This document shows, one piece after another, positions 63,981 through 64,000 of a stretch of 64,000 nucleotides of DNA. The first letter of the stretch is position 1, and each line of letters begins with the position of its first letter. This DNA is from Porphyridium purpureum (taxonomy: Eukaryota), in assembly GCA_008690995.1 (NCBI GenBank), contig VRMN01000003.1, positions 2,232,001 to 2,296,000 of the forward strand. The letters run 5' to 3'. The translations under genes and the position numbers were made by a program. The notes beneath the pieces were generated by a model. That model saw only the letters and a program-made list of their open reading frames with translations, was not told where the DNA came from and searched no databases.

Positions 63981-64000
63981 AGGAGGTTTTGCGGGTTGGG

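Overview
This is eukaryotic nuclear DNA, gene-dense and apparently intron-poor. The protein families and transit-peptide style suggest a unicellular red alga, possibly Porphyridium-like (inference, not verified). From about 1 to 25 kb lies a block of intact genes: an organellar-type uL16, an ASCC3/Slh1 double-cassette helicase, a SAM methyltransferase, a BASS transporter, a coiled-coil protein, an AlkB dioxygenase, dihydroxyacetone kinase, two related type I membrane proteins and a PH-CAMK kinase. From about 25 to 64 kb the region is more dynamic. It holds a decayed Fanzor/TnpB-like nuclease relic with a 3' stem-loop, a solo LTR, a divergent DRP5-like dynamin, and a tandem segmental duplication (PPR-like gene plus GT47). 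The duplication flanks a gene fusing an MLKL-like four-helix bundle, an intact kinase and recently amplified SEL1 repeats. The last part contains a zinc-finger ORF cut by a near-intact Ty3/Gypsy element whose LTRs carry heat-shock elements, then telomere-like repeats at the window end. All family calls come from motif recognition by eye; no searches were run.
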